Shown here: positions 49,337 through 59,030 of the stretch, piece by piece
How the letters are laid out: every line of letters begins with the position of its first letter
Numbering within the stretch: the stretch's first letter is position 1
Assembly (NCBI GenBank): GCA_021513715.1
Contig: CP084167.1
Coordinates: 2,688,001-2,752,000, forward strand
Source of the DNA: Candidatus Heimdallarchaeum endolithica
GTDB lineage: Archaea; Asgardarchaeota; Heimdallarchaeia; Heimdallarchaeales; Heimdallarchaeaceae
DNA: 64,000 nucleotides
Direction of reading: 5' to 3'
Notes under the pieces: generated by a model
What the model was told of the DNA's origin: nothing
Databases searched by the model: none
Seen by the model: only the letters and a program-made list of their open reading frames with translations
Position numbers and translations under genes: made by a program

Positions 49337-50349
49337 GCATGTCCAAAAATTCTTTTTCACCTACTAAACGGTCCGAAGGAGTAAAAAGTAGTTGTAACAG
49401 AGGAGAGAACCATAAAGGGTAGAGAGAATGGTAGAGGGTAAGCGATCAAGGATCGGGGGAAGAGAGAGTTTAAGGAGACTAAACCAACGACATGTTCAAT
49501 ACTACTACGATACTCGGGGTGGTTATTATGATAGACGATACAGACCAGTGTAGAGACGATGAGCTTGAACTATTGGTCCGAGGGGAGGAGGAAAGGGATA
49601 ACGAGCATTACTTTTTGGGAGAATAACAGGGAAAAAGGAATGTTGGCTAAGAAGACCCACGATATTTTCTGTCCAGTAGGCACAGTTACCATAGAAACTC
49701 AAGAACTGTCTCAAGAATGCAGGAGGAAGTTTCTGCCATAGTAAACCGAAGACTTTACTATCGTGAGTGTTACTAGCAGAATGAGCTAGAGAGACTATAG
49801 CTCTGGAGGGTAAACCTACTATAAGGTGTATCTTCCAGAAAAGTTTAGTTTGGAGGTTTTCTTTAGTGCTCCCCTTGACCATTTGAGAAAACGCCAAACA
49901 GAAGCTTGACGAATTTTAAAACCTGAACTATCCACCCCATATCTTTCAACCCTTTTTTTCTCATCATTTCTCCCCCTAAATCTATTATCTATTGCTCTAA
50001 GATTTTACTTTCTGTTACTCTCCACACTACATGAAAAGTGGATTTGGAAGGAATATTCTTCATCCACCCCTCTTCTATCAAAAAGTCGCATAAAGACAAT
50101 TTTTCTTCTAACTTCCTCCAGGCTATTCCTTCTATTCTCGCAATAATTGCTATTGCTAATATCACCCATCTCTCTACTATTCTTTTTCTCCCTCTCTTAC
50201 TTTCTCTCGTTTCCTCTTTCACCAGTTTCTTAAGGAAAAGTTCATTAATGACTATGAATTCTCTTACTTTTTGGGAGTCTAAAATCTGGAAATATATCAT
50301 ACTTCCGACATAAACCCCCGCATTAATAAAAATTAATTTTTGGACATGC
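49337..50349 (-). mobile_element. Degenerate IS5-like copy with pseudogenised transposase
   Basis: Both 15-bp TIRs are present. The transposase is broken into 49989..50300 and 49526..49897 by a stop and frameshifts. Confidence 0.92.
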
Positions 50350-50653
50350 TTTTTTTATACTAAAAAATGTTACAAGATCTAAAAAAGTAAAAAAAAATGA
50401 TTAAATCTATTTTTATTCTTGAATGTTACAAATTGGCTTGAGCTTTGAAATCTTGATTTCTTCCTGCTTTGTCTGAATTATATAGAATGAGCTTTGCAGT
50501 CTCCTTTGTTGTAGATTTTGTTTTTTTGTCATCGTGTCACTATTATCTCATAAAGAAGTTATAATATTTAATCATTCTATTTTAAAAGCTATCTTTCTTC
50601 ATTTATCGTCCTAAGTGTGTTTGGTTGGTGTTTGTGCTTTTATTTATTCTTGT

Positions 50654-51565
50654 TTATAATTCAACCAAATCTATAAGTTCACAAAAGTCTTTATATAGAG
50701 AAACAACTTCTTTCTTTTTTAATCTAAAGTCCAATTTATGTTTTGTAGAATTATACTGAATTCTTATTTGGTTTAATAATCTTTCTTGGTGTTTATCAAT
50801 AATTTTTCTTTGAACTAAATCTTGAATTAAGTTTTGATTAATCTCCTTTTTCTTTTGATTTAGTAAGTGAATACACCAAAGTTCTGAAACTCTCCCCAAC
50901 GATAACATTGATGCAATGGTATCTACTTTTAGTAATTCGTCGATTTTTTTTGTTTGCGAAATCAAATCCTCATGATTCAGAGGTTCAGTAATCTCTCTAA
51001 TATGTAACCCATTAGCACATGTATCTATTTCTGTTTCTAAGAGGCCCCATTTATAATCAAATGTAGAAATTATTTGATTTTTTGCATCATCCATAATCCA
51101 TTTCTCTAGTTCTTCTTTAGGCATTAGATCAAGTTCATATGTTTTCCTTCTTTCTTCTCTACGATAATAACTAACAATGATCTTATCCTTTTTTCTTTCT
51201 ACTAAATAGTTTCCATAGACCTCATCTGTTTCCCAGACATCTCTCTCTAGCAGAAAAATAATTGAATCTTTACGACTTCTTCTATAATCTTTATGTATGA
51301 AAGATATAACTTTTTCATCAAAATAATAATGATATTTTTGGAGGAAATCCCAAATTTCCTGTAAGTGATTTAACAACAATCCCAGTAATGTTTTTGGCCA
51401 TGAATATTTAGGTTCAGTAAACCTTGGTTTAGCAATACATAAACTGTTTTCTTTATTAAAGTTAACTCTCATCTCGCGTTTGTAAGGGATTTCTCGCAGT
51501 TTGCCTTCTAGTTTTTTATGTTTTTCCAATAGCTCATTTCCTAACTTAACCAACTCTTCTTGCAT
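50654..51565 (-). CDS. Protein with C-terminal HEPN/DUF4145-like domain
   Basis: ASMLSLGRVSE...LIQDL....II......LNQIRIQYNSTKH (R..xN...H motif). Confidence 0.6.
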   Translation of the reverse strand: MQEELVKLGNELLEKHKKLEGKLREIPYKREMRVNFNKENSLCIAKPRFTEPKYSWPKTLLGLLLNHLQEIWDFLQKYHYYFDEKVISFIHKDYRRSRKDSIIFLLERDVWETDEVYGNYLVERKKDKIIVSYYRREERRKTYELDLMPKEELEKWIMDDAKNQIISTFDYKWGLLETEIDTCANGLHIREITEPLNHEDLISQTKKIDELLKVDTIASMLSLGRVSELWCIHLLNQKKKEINQNLIQDLVQRKIIDKHQERLLNQIRIQYNSTKHKLDFRLKKKEVVSLYKDFCELIDLVEL

Positions 51566-51578
51566 TTAAACCCCAATA

Positions 51579-51923
51579 TCATTGAAACTTACTGCATGGT
51601 TCTAGCGCTAAACTTACTTTTCCTCCACTTTCAGGAAAAACATTGACCACGTTACCAGATCCACCTAACTCTACTCTAACTTTTTCACCTTTGTATTCTG
51701 CTATTTCTTTTTCTAAACACTTAATTAGCTTCGGATAGAATTTTTCTTTGGTTGTTTCTCCTCCTTCTATGCAGAATTGGTAATCAAAATCACTAGTTCG
51801 TTGAAAATCTCCTCTGTTTCTAGATCCCACAGCCCTAATTTCTATGTTGGGAAAGCATTTTTTAACGTGCTGTTTTACTACATTTGCAAAATCATCATAA
51901 AATTTTTTACTTCTTGGTTTCAT
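51579..51923 (-). CDS. Minimal nucleotidyltransferase (Pol-beta superfamily)
   Basis: VGSRNRGD...SDFD (GS...DxD) motif; 114 aa. Confidence 0.8.
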   Translation of the reverse strand: MKPRSKKFYDDFANVVKQHVKKCFPNIEIRAVGSRNRGDFQRTSDFDYQFCIEGGETTKEKFYPKLIKCLEKEIAEYKGEKVRVELGGSGNVVNVFPESGGKVSLALEPCSKFQ

Positions 51924-52667
51924 ATTTCGTTGATTATTTCGAACATATTTTAATTTTTCTATAAACCAATATAATAAGTAAGGTATTCCTTAAAGAAACA
52001 ATTGTCGATTTGTTAGTAGATTCAAATACATATTATAAAGAGAACTGTTTTAATTAGGGCAAGTGTGGGAAGAAGTGAAGAAATAGTTCAAGAAAATTAA
52101 AGAATTAGTGGATAAAACCCTAAATCAAGATAAATAATAAATTGTATCATAAGCTCAATGAATATTATTGAAAAGTTATCTCTTGACATGGTTTACGATG
52201 TTTAATTATTATTTAAGAAACAATAAAAACAGTAAATAAGTCAAATTTAATAAGCTGGACATTTGCGTTTTTATCACTATATTAAGATATGATATTCGAA
52301 ACTTGGATAAGATTACCAATTGACAAAAATCGTTACAAAGATTTTGATATGTGAATGAAGTTAGTTTTTCTTTTCTGAATCCTCTAGTGTAATTGCTAAA
52401 CTTCTTATGGATTTTATTGAAAACATCAAAACACCACAAACAATTTTTCTTTTGGTAAGTGCAGACATTTGAGAGAGATCCATATTACTAGCTGGATTAG
52501 AAGAGAACTGTGTAAAACCCAATCTGTCGCAGTTGAAAAACTAGTTTCTCTTTATTTTAACAAATTTATAGTTCTTTAAGGCTTTGAATCTTATTTTGAT
52601 TAAAAATTTGTTAACATTTATTGTTTTATATCATAAAACCTCTCTTCAATTAATTTTGGTAGTATTA

Positions 52668-55490
52668 TTAATCTTTATCTTTTTTAATATAACTTGGGAT
52701 TTCTCCTAAAGGTGGTTGAGGTCTGTTTGATTGATTCCATACTGCTTTAATTAGTTCTTCTAATTTATCTTCATATTCTTGTGCGTTTCGAAAATCAACA
52801 TATATTCTACCTTGTAATTCTTTTGGAATAGTATCTTCTTTAGATCCTTCTTTCAAGATTGGGATTATATCTCCTTTTTTTGGTTTCCTTTCAATTAAAT
52901 TATTAATAAATAGAAACTCAATCTGAATTCCACTACTTTTTTCACTTTCCAATTTCTTGATAAGCATATGATCACATACAACTAAAACTTTGTCGACAAT
53001 TGATATCTGTTTCATATATTCCATTATTCTCTCTCCTGGTTTCAGGTTCCAAACATCAAGTTTACAGTCTATTGCTCCCTTTTCACGAAGATCTGTTGCC
53101 AGTCTAATTACCCAATCACTATGTTCTTCTGTACTGTATGCATAAGTTAAAAATGCACTTGGATTAACTACATCTAAATTTTTTTTTTCTCCTTCTCCAT
53201 CTCCCTTTTTTTGAATTATTTTTTTATTTTTTTTGATTTCATCTTCTCGAATCTTGATTTCTGGAACTATGTGCATTAGTTTTTTTATGATTTGCTCCAA
53301 AAAATTATTAACAATTATTTCATCCTTTCCTCCATAAAAAATTTTTATTTCTTGTTTTCTTTTTCTTCCTTCTATAATTTCTGCCAAAAGAATTTGAAAA
53401 CAAAATGAATTATCCACAGTTGTGAAAACACCTGATTTTTTACATATTTGAACCACATTAAGGTTTAAGTCAATTATTGAATCTAAAAAATTGTACCATG
53501 AAAAGTTATCTTCATTGGTTTTAAATGAGATTTCATTTTCTTCTGGTATTAGAGAGAGAAAGTTACTAGGTAATTCAGTTGTTTCATCGCTAAAATGTCT
53601 AGGAACTAATATTAGTTCTTTACTTTCTACTCCTTCAAAAAACACTACGGCTTCTAAGTTTCTTTCAAGTAGTTTAATTTGAAACCTTATGTAAGTTTCT
53701 ATTTGTTCTTTTCCTTCTGATAATTTTTTCAATAGTTCTCTTGTAGTAATTATACCATTCTTATTCTTTATAAGTTCTGGAATTAGTGACTTTAAAGTGT
53801 TGTATTTTTTATCATTTATTATAACCTGATCTAAATCCTTAATATATTCAATTAATCCTTGTTTTGTTAAAATATTAAAAATGTATCTTAGATGTTTTTT
53901 AGGAATTTTTAATTTTAAAATATCTTGAAAATCTTTTACACTCATTGTGTCAATATTTTTTTCTGATAATAAGTTTTCTAGAACTTCAGAAACAACAGCA
54001 AAATGTTTTGACTGTACCATTTTTTTTGTTTTTTTCCAATTTATATCTCCTATTATAGCTGATTTTAGTTTATTTATATTACTACCTTTTTTTGAGCTAA
54101 TTGAAAACATTCTATCAATTTTGTGTCTTTCCAGAATACTAGAGAAGTCAATTCCTTGGACAGAATTGTGAGGGTCATCGGTGAAATTTCGTATTAAGTA
54201 GTATTTACAATTTGGTGAGGTGAATTTCTTGAGTTCTTTTAAATGCGAAAGTGCCCTGTTTAATGTTTCATTATCTGTTTGCTTAAAAATTATGAAAATT
54301 ATATCGGAATCGGATAAACTCTCATAAAAAGTAAATAGTTGCGACTCTTGTCCAGCTATATCATATAGTAAAATCTGTTGATTGTCTTCCAGTTCAAAAT
54401 CATCATTTCTGTTAAGAGTCCAGATCCTCCGCCCAAATGTGGACTTAAGTTCTACGTCTAATGTATTGTTTTTTAAATAATAACATAAAGACGATTTTCC
54501 TACACCTGTATGTCCTATTAATCCTATTTTTGCATAGTTGAATATCTTTTGTTCTTCGTATCTTTCTGACTTCTCTTTATCTATATATACAAGATTTTGA
54601 TTTATAAGAGTAAATATATTATTATTTATAATTTTTATCTCTCTACATGACAATTTTGGGATAAAACTAGTTTCTAATGACTCTGAATCGATAAATATCA
54701 ATTCCTCTGACGTTCCAGCTATTAGTATATTTTTGTACAAAACTATATCTCTACCTTTACCTGAAGCAAGCGAATAATTTGCTTCATAGATATAATCATC
54801 TTCAACTAAATAAAATTGATATATTATGCCGCTTCTATTTATCATTGCGAATGATTTTTCATCTATCTGACTTGCATGTTGCATGTTACCTATAGTTTTT
54901 TCTACAAATGATTCTTCAATTTCAGAGTTAAAATTCCATAAAATATTAATTCCCTTATAGTCGTTGGTGATTACTTTATTTTTTCCAATTTTGTCTAGAC
55001 AAAAAATTGAATGAGAATGGCCTGTCAGACGTTTATTTGTCCAACCATTTTCACATTTTGACCATAAAATAAGAGTCCCATATGTTCCGCTAGATAAAAA
55101 TTGTTTATTGTTTAATTTCGCAACTCTCCAAACTTGATCTTGTTTATACTTTCCTCTTTGTAAATATTGAGTATTCTCTAAATTACCATCTTTGAACTTC
55201 AATATTGCAATATCTCCACCTTTACTGGCAACAACTATTTGATTCTTTGATAAAAGTTCAATGCTTCTAATTTCATCATTAAATTTTTTAATCTTTTTTA
55301 AACATCCAAGATTGTCAATTAAAGTTAAAAACTGTTCTGAAGAATCAATAAAATCCTCAATTTTTTCGTTTGTTAATTCAATAGTACATAAATAAATATT
55401 ACCGAAGTTTGTACCAATAATCAATTTTGAAAGATTAGAATGATCTAGAAAATCAAAAGCTGAAAATATTTCATATCTTTCAATCATCAA
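52668..55490 (-). CDS. Roco-like protein: WD40 propeller + Roc GTPase + COR-like + TIR/SEFIR
   Basis: WD-like repeats (LTGHSHSIFCL...ILWN), GHTGVGKSS, STFG, YDIAGQE, ISSK.G. C-terminal AFLTYAY...H.DWV..LA.DL...D.W.LKPG...E...IIPIL...P..L..R.YVDF. Confidence 0.85.
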   Translation of the reverse strand: MMIERYEIFSAFDFLDHSNLSKLIIGTNFGNIYLCTIELTNEKIEDFIDSSEQFLTLIDNLGCLKKIKKFNDEIRSIELLSKNQIVVASKGGDIAILKFKDGNLENTQYLQRGKYKQDQVWRVAKLNNKQFLSSGTYGTLILWSKCENGWTNKRLTGHSHSIFCLDKIGKNKVITNDYKGINILWNFNSEIEESFVEKTIGNMQHASQIDEKSFAMINRSGIIYQFYLVEDDYIYEANYSLASGKGRDIVLYKNILIAGTSEELIFIDSESLETSFIPKLSCREIKIINNNIFTLINQNLVYIDKEKSERYEEQKIFNYAKIGLIGHTGVGKSSLCYYLKNNTLDVELKSTFGRRIWTLNRNDDFELEDNQQILLYDIAGQESQLFTFYESLSDSDIIFIIFKQTDNETLNRALSHLKELKKFTSPNCKYYLIRNFTDDPHNSVQGIDFSSILERHKIDRMFSISSKKGSNINKLKSAIIGDINWKKTKKMVQSKHFAVVSEVLENLLSEKNIDTMSVKDFQDILKLKIPKKHLRYIFNILTKQGLIEYIKDLDQVIINDKKYNTLKSLIPELIKNKNGIITTRELLKKLSEGKEQIETYIRFQIKLLERNLEAVVFFEGVESKELILVPRHFSDETTELPSNFLSLIPEENEISFKTNEDNFSWYNFLDSIIDLNLNVVQICKKSGVFTTVDNSFCFQILLAEIIEGRKRKQEIKIFYGGKDEIIVNNFLEQIIKKLMHIVPEIKIREDEIKKNKKIIQKKGDGEGEKKNLDVVNPSAFLTYAYSTEEHSDWVIRLATDLREKGAIDCKLDVWNLKPGERIMEYMKQISIVDKVLVVCDHMLIKKLESEKSSGIQIEFLFINNLIERKPKKGDIIPILKEGSKEDTIPKELQGRIYVDFRNAQEYEDKLEELIKAVWNQSNRPQPPLGEIPSYIKKDKD

Positions 55491-55658
55491 AAAATAAGAC
55501 TAATTACAATTTATAAAATTATGTACAAAATTAATAAAACCAACCTAAATATATTGTAAATTATCTTTTTAAAAAATATTTAAAAATTCTAAAATATATC
55601 GTAAAGTTAATTAAAAAACTTTGATTTTAATAATTGTATTTTGTGTATGTGTTGAAAT

Positions 55659-57917
55659 GTGATCTTGAAAATGTTTTGGACTGAAGATGAATTTATAAAA
55701 AACATGAGGAATGCTCTTGGTTGGGTTAAATATTCAAGGCAATTAAATCAAGAACAAATGTCAGCTGTATTACATACAAACGGGCCTTTATGGGTTCTAG
55801 CTGGTCCTGGTTCAGGAAAAACAGAACTATTAATCTGGAAACTATTTAAGCTTATTTTTGTTGATGGTGTCGATCCTCAAACTATCTTTTTAACAACATT
55901 TACAGAAAAAGCTGCAAAAAACATGTTTAATAGAATAATTACTTATTATAACAATTTGTTAAAACATGGCTTTGATTGTATTAAAAACGTTGATATTAGC
56001 AGCTTGAAGATAGGTACTCTTCATTCCTTATGTAATTCAATACTAGTTGAATATAGATATGATAATTATCACACTAAGAGGTTGATGGATGAGAATGAAT
56101 CCTCCTATTTTTTTTACAAATATGTTACCATGACAAAAAGCGGTAGTCAAGGCCCCTCAGATTACTTTTGGGAATATTTTTTCGAGAAACGACCTTATTC
56201 TAAATGGCAACGAGTAAATTACTCTAAAATATTACTCTCTAGAATTACTGAAGATTTGATTGATGTTGAAAAGCTTCAGAATTCTGATGATATTTTCATG
56301 CAAGAGTTAGCAGAATATTATATACAATACAAACAAAGTTTAAATCATAGAGATAGATGTGACTTTCCAACTGTGCAGCAGTTATTTCTTAAATTCTTAA
56401 ATGAAGAAGAAGGAGAAAAATTTATTCAAGGCGATATGGAAAGAGACCTTCCTCCAATAAAGTATGTTTTAGTTGATGAATATCAAGACACAAATCCTAT
56501 TCAAGAAGAAATATATTTTCGTATGACGGAATTGATTTCTCCTTCTGACTGTAATATAACAGTTGTTGGAGATGATGATCAAGCTATGTATAGGTTTAGA
56601 GGAGCCACCGTAGATTCGCTTATCTTCTTTGGTGAAAGGGTAAAAGAAAGATTTGGAAAAATTCCAACAAAAATTCAATTAAAAAGAAACTATCGTTCTC
56701 ATCCTGCCATAATTGATTGGTTTAATAGTTATATTGCAAATATGCCTGAAATGCAAATTAAAGGTGCTAGGGCTCCAGGAAAAGAACGTATGATTTCTGC
56801 TAAACATTTTCAAGAGAATTGGAATCCCATAGCTATTATTGAAGGATCTTCACTTACTGATACTGCAGAGAAAGTTGCTGAATTTATTCAATCAATAATT
56901 AATTTTAGGGATGAGAAAAATGAGAAGATAATTGACGATCCATCACAAATTGTTATTTTATCACAAAGTACAAGAGAAACTTCTAGAAATGTTGGATCTT
57001 TTGTTGAATCTTTAAGGAGAAGAGGAGTTCCTGTATATAATCCTAGAAATAGAAAAATCCATGAGACAACAGAAGTAAAACAATTATTAGGGGCATACAT
57101 TGAAATAATAGATAAGAACAACTCTGAACTTTCTGAAAATGATCATGTGTTAAGAATATCAACAAGAGTAAAAGACTTTATTCAAAGTTGTAGAAGAGAA
57201 TATCAAAATTTAATCACATCACAAGGAGGAATTGATAAATTATTAAACTATGTATCTCAATCTCAACTGAAAATAGAAAGTGCTCCTCCAAATAAAAAAT
57301 TTGATGCTACATTTCATAGAATCTTTTTAAGACTATTAAATTGCCCTCCTTTTTCAGAATATCTTTCAGATCCAGTTATATCTCCCAGATATGGCATAAT
57401 TTCTGCTCAAATAGAAGCATTTAATACCGTTTATTCAAATTATTTAGTGAAATCCTCTACTATAAATTCATTAAAAAGAAATTTGCTAAGGGACTTCTAT
57501 ACTGTTTTTTGTGGTCAAATCTTAAACAGTGGGCTAAATGATGTAGAAGATATAGACTATCCTATTCTTCCTGGAAGAGTTCAGATTGTGACTTATCATC
57601 AGTCAAAAGGATTGGAGTTTCCAATTGTGATTCTTTTAGGGTTAACAAAGCAGTATAGGGTTGGCATAAGTTATAAATTGGAGAGGATGTTATCAGAATA
57701 TAGAAAAAATCCATTACAATTAGAATCGGATGAATTAAGAGCTGCTCAAGATATGATCCGATTGTACTATGTAGGTCAAACGCGTGCAAAATACTGTTTA
57801 ATTTTTGCAGATAAAGAATTAAATAAATGGAAATATTCCCTTGGATTTGATGAGAAAGGAGAAAAAAGATTTTCTTTAAACTGGTTAGAGAATAATAATA
57901 TTCCAGTATACAGGTGA
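55659..57917 (+). CDS. UvrD/PcrA-family SF1 helicase
   Basis: AGPGSGKT, TFTEKAA, GTLHS, VDEYQD, VGDDDQ.MY.FRGA, NYRS, HQSKGLEF, YVGQTRAK. Confidence 0.95.
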   Translation: MILKMFWTEDEFIKNMRNALGWVKYSRQLNQEQMSAVLHTNGPLWVLAGPGSGKTELLIWKLFKLIFVDGVDPQTIFLTTFTEKAAKNMFNRIITYYNNLLKHGFDCIKNVDISSLKIGTLHSLCNSILVEYRYDNYHTKRLMDENESSYFFYKYVTMTKSGSQGPSDYFWEYFFEKRPYSKWQRVNYSKILLSRITEDLIDVEKLQNSDDIFMQELAEYYIQYKQSLNHRDRCDFPTVQQLFLKFLNEEEGEKFIQGDMERDLPPIKYVLVDEYQDTNPIQEEIYFRMTELISPSDCNITVVGDDDQAMYRFRGATVDSLIFFGERVKERFGKIPTKIQLKRNYRSHPAIIDWFNSYIANMPEMQIKGARAPGKERMISAKHFQENWNPIAIIEGSSLTDTAEKVAEFIQSIINFRDEKNEKIIDDPSQIVILSQSTRETSRNVGSFVESLRRRGVPVYNPRNRKIHETTEVKQLLGAYIEIIDKNNSELSENDHVLRISTRVKDFIQSCRREYQNLITSQGGIDKLLNYVSQSQLKIESAPPNKKFDATFHRIFLRLLNCPPFSEYLSDPVISPRYGIISAQIEAFNTVYSNYLVKSSTINSLKRNLLRDFYTVFCGQILNSGLNDVEDIDYPILPGRVQIVTYHQSKGLEFPIVILLGLTKQYRVGISYKLERMLSEYRKNPLQLESDELRAAQDMIRLYYVGQTRAKYCLIFADKELNKWKYSLGFDEKGEKRFSLNWLENNNIPVYR

Positions 57918-58864
57918 AAAATATGAGTATTAGACAATTTAAGGATATTCCTCGAGAAAAATTAGAATTATCAAGGCCATTGAGAAAGTATAGTATTATT
58001 GGTGATGTGTTGTCTTATTTGTTGTGTCCTAGGCAATATGGTTATTTTAAAGTAAGAAATATTGTTCCTTCAGCTCAAGGCCAATTATTCTTTGGTGAAG
58101 TAATTCATAATGTTCTAGATAGAGTTCATCTTCATTACAGGAAAACAAATGAAAATCAGTCTAATTCATTACCTACAGAAAATGAAATAGATCAATATTT
58201 TGATATTGTGTCTAAAGCATTAAAATCCCAAGGTATAAGACCATTAAGCAAAAGTTTGGAACAAAGGGCACGAAAATTAATTAAGCAATTTGTTTTTACC
58301 TTTGGGCATACCTTATTTCCAAGGGTAAAAGATACTGAACATAAGTTACAGATCCAAACATCACTAGACAATGGTTTAGATTACATTTTACATGGTGTCG
58401 TGGATGTTTTATTCTACAATTATGAAGATGGTAATATCTCTAACGAGAAAGTGGAAATTTGGGATTATAAAGGTGGTAGAATCCCTGATGAACAATACTT
58501 AAAGAATTATGAATTTCAAATGTTGGTTTATTCATTCCTTTTTAAACAAAAAAATGGTTTTTATCCTGAAGAAAATGTACTATTTTTTATTGGCGAAATG
58601 GATAGAGAGTCTAATCTTGGATTAAGTGCAGAAGAATTACTTGACCGATGTACTGTTAAGGTAAAAATAGATGAACAAAAAATTAAACATGCAATGAAAA
58701 AATTTGAAGAAGCTGTAGAAAAAATTGAAGATGAGTATAATAGGCCATTTGATAAACAATGGTTAGCTCCAAAAGTTAAACCACCAGAGACGATGTGTGC
58801 AACGTGTGATATTCGATGGTCATGTGAAAATCCCAATGGCAAATTTGAACTTTCAGGATTATAA
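57914..58864 (+). CDS. PD-(D/E)xK nuclease of RecB/Cas4/AddB type with 4-Cys Fe-S motif
   Basis: CPRQY, G..IH, GVVD, DYK, Q...Y, C-terminal CATC.....C. The start overlaps the helicase stop (GTGA). Confidence 0.88.
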   Translation: MKNMSIRQFKDIPREKLELSRPLRKYSIIGDVLSYLLCPRQYGYFKVRNIVPSAQGQLFFGEVIHNVLDRVHLHYRKTNENQSNSLPTENEIDQYFDIVSKALKSQGIRPLSKSLEQRARKLIKQFVFTFGHTLFPRVKDTEHKLQIQTSLDNGLDYILHGVVDVLFYNYEDGNISNEKVEIWDYKGGRIPDEQYLKNYEFQMLVYSFLFKQKNGFYPEENVLFFIGEMDRESNLGLSAEELLDRCTVKVKIDEQKIKHAMKKFEEAVEKIEDEYNRPFDKQWLAPKVKPPETMCATCDIRWSCENPNGKFELSGL

Positions 58865-59030
58865 TTTAAGTTAAATATCTACAATTTTGATTAATTTTCT
58901 TGGGCTTTATATATACTTTTAAAGTTTAATTTATCACATAACTATTGGTCACACAGGAAATTATTTATAGTTCCAACAGAGTGTTGTCTCCCACTAATAG
59001 TTACAATAAAGGACAATTGCGGTTATAATA

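Noticed and set aside
51930-52660. ORF 52209..52439 and possible gene remnants
   Set aside because: No recognisable motif; cannot be supported by eye.
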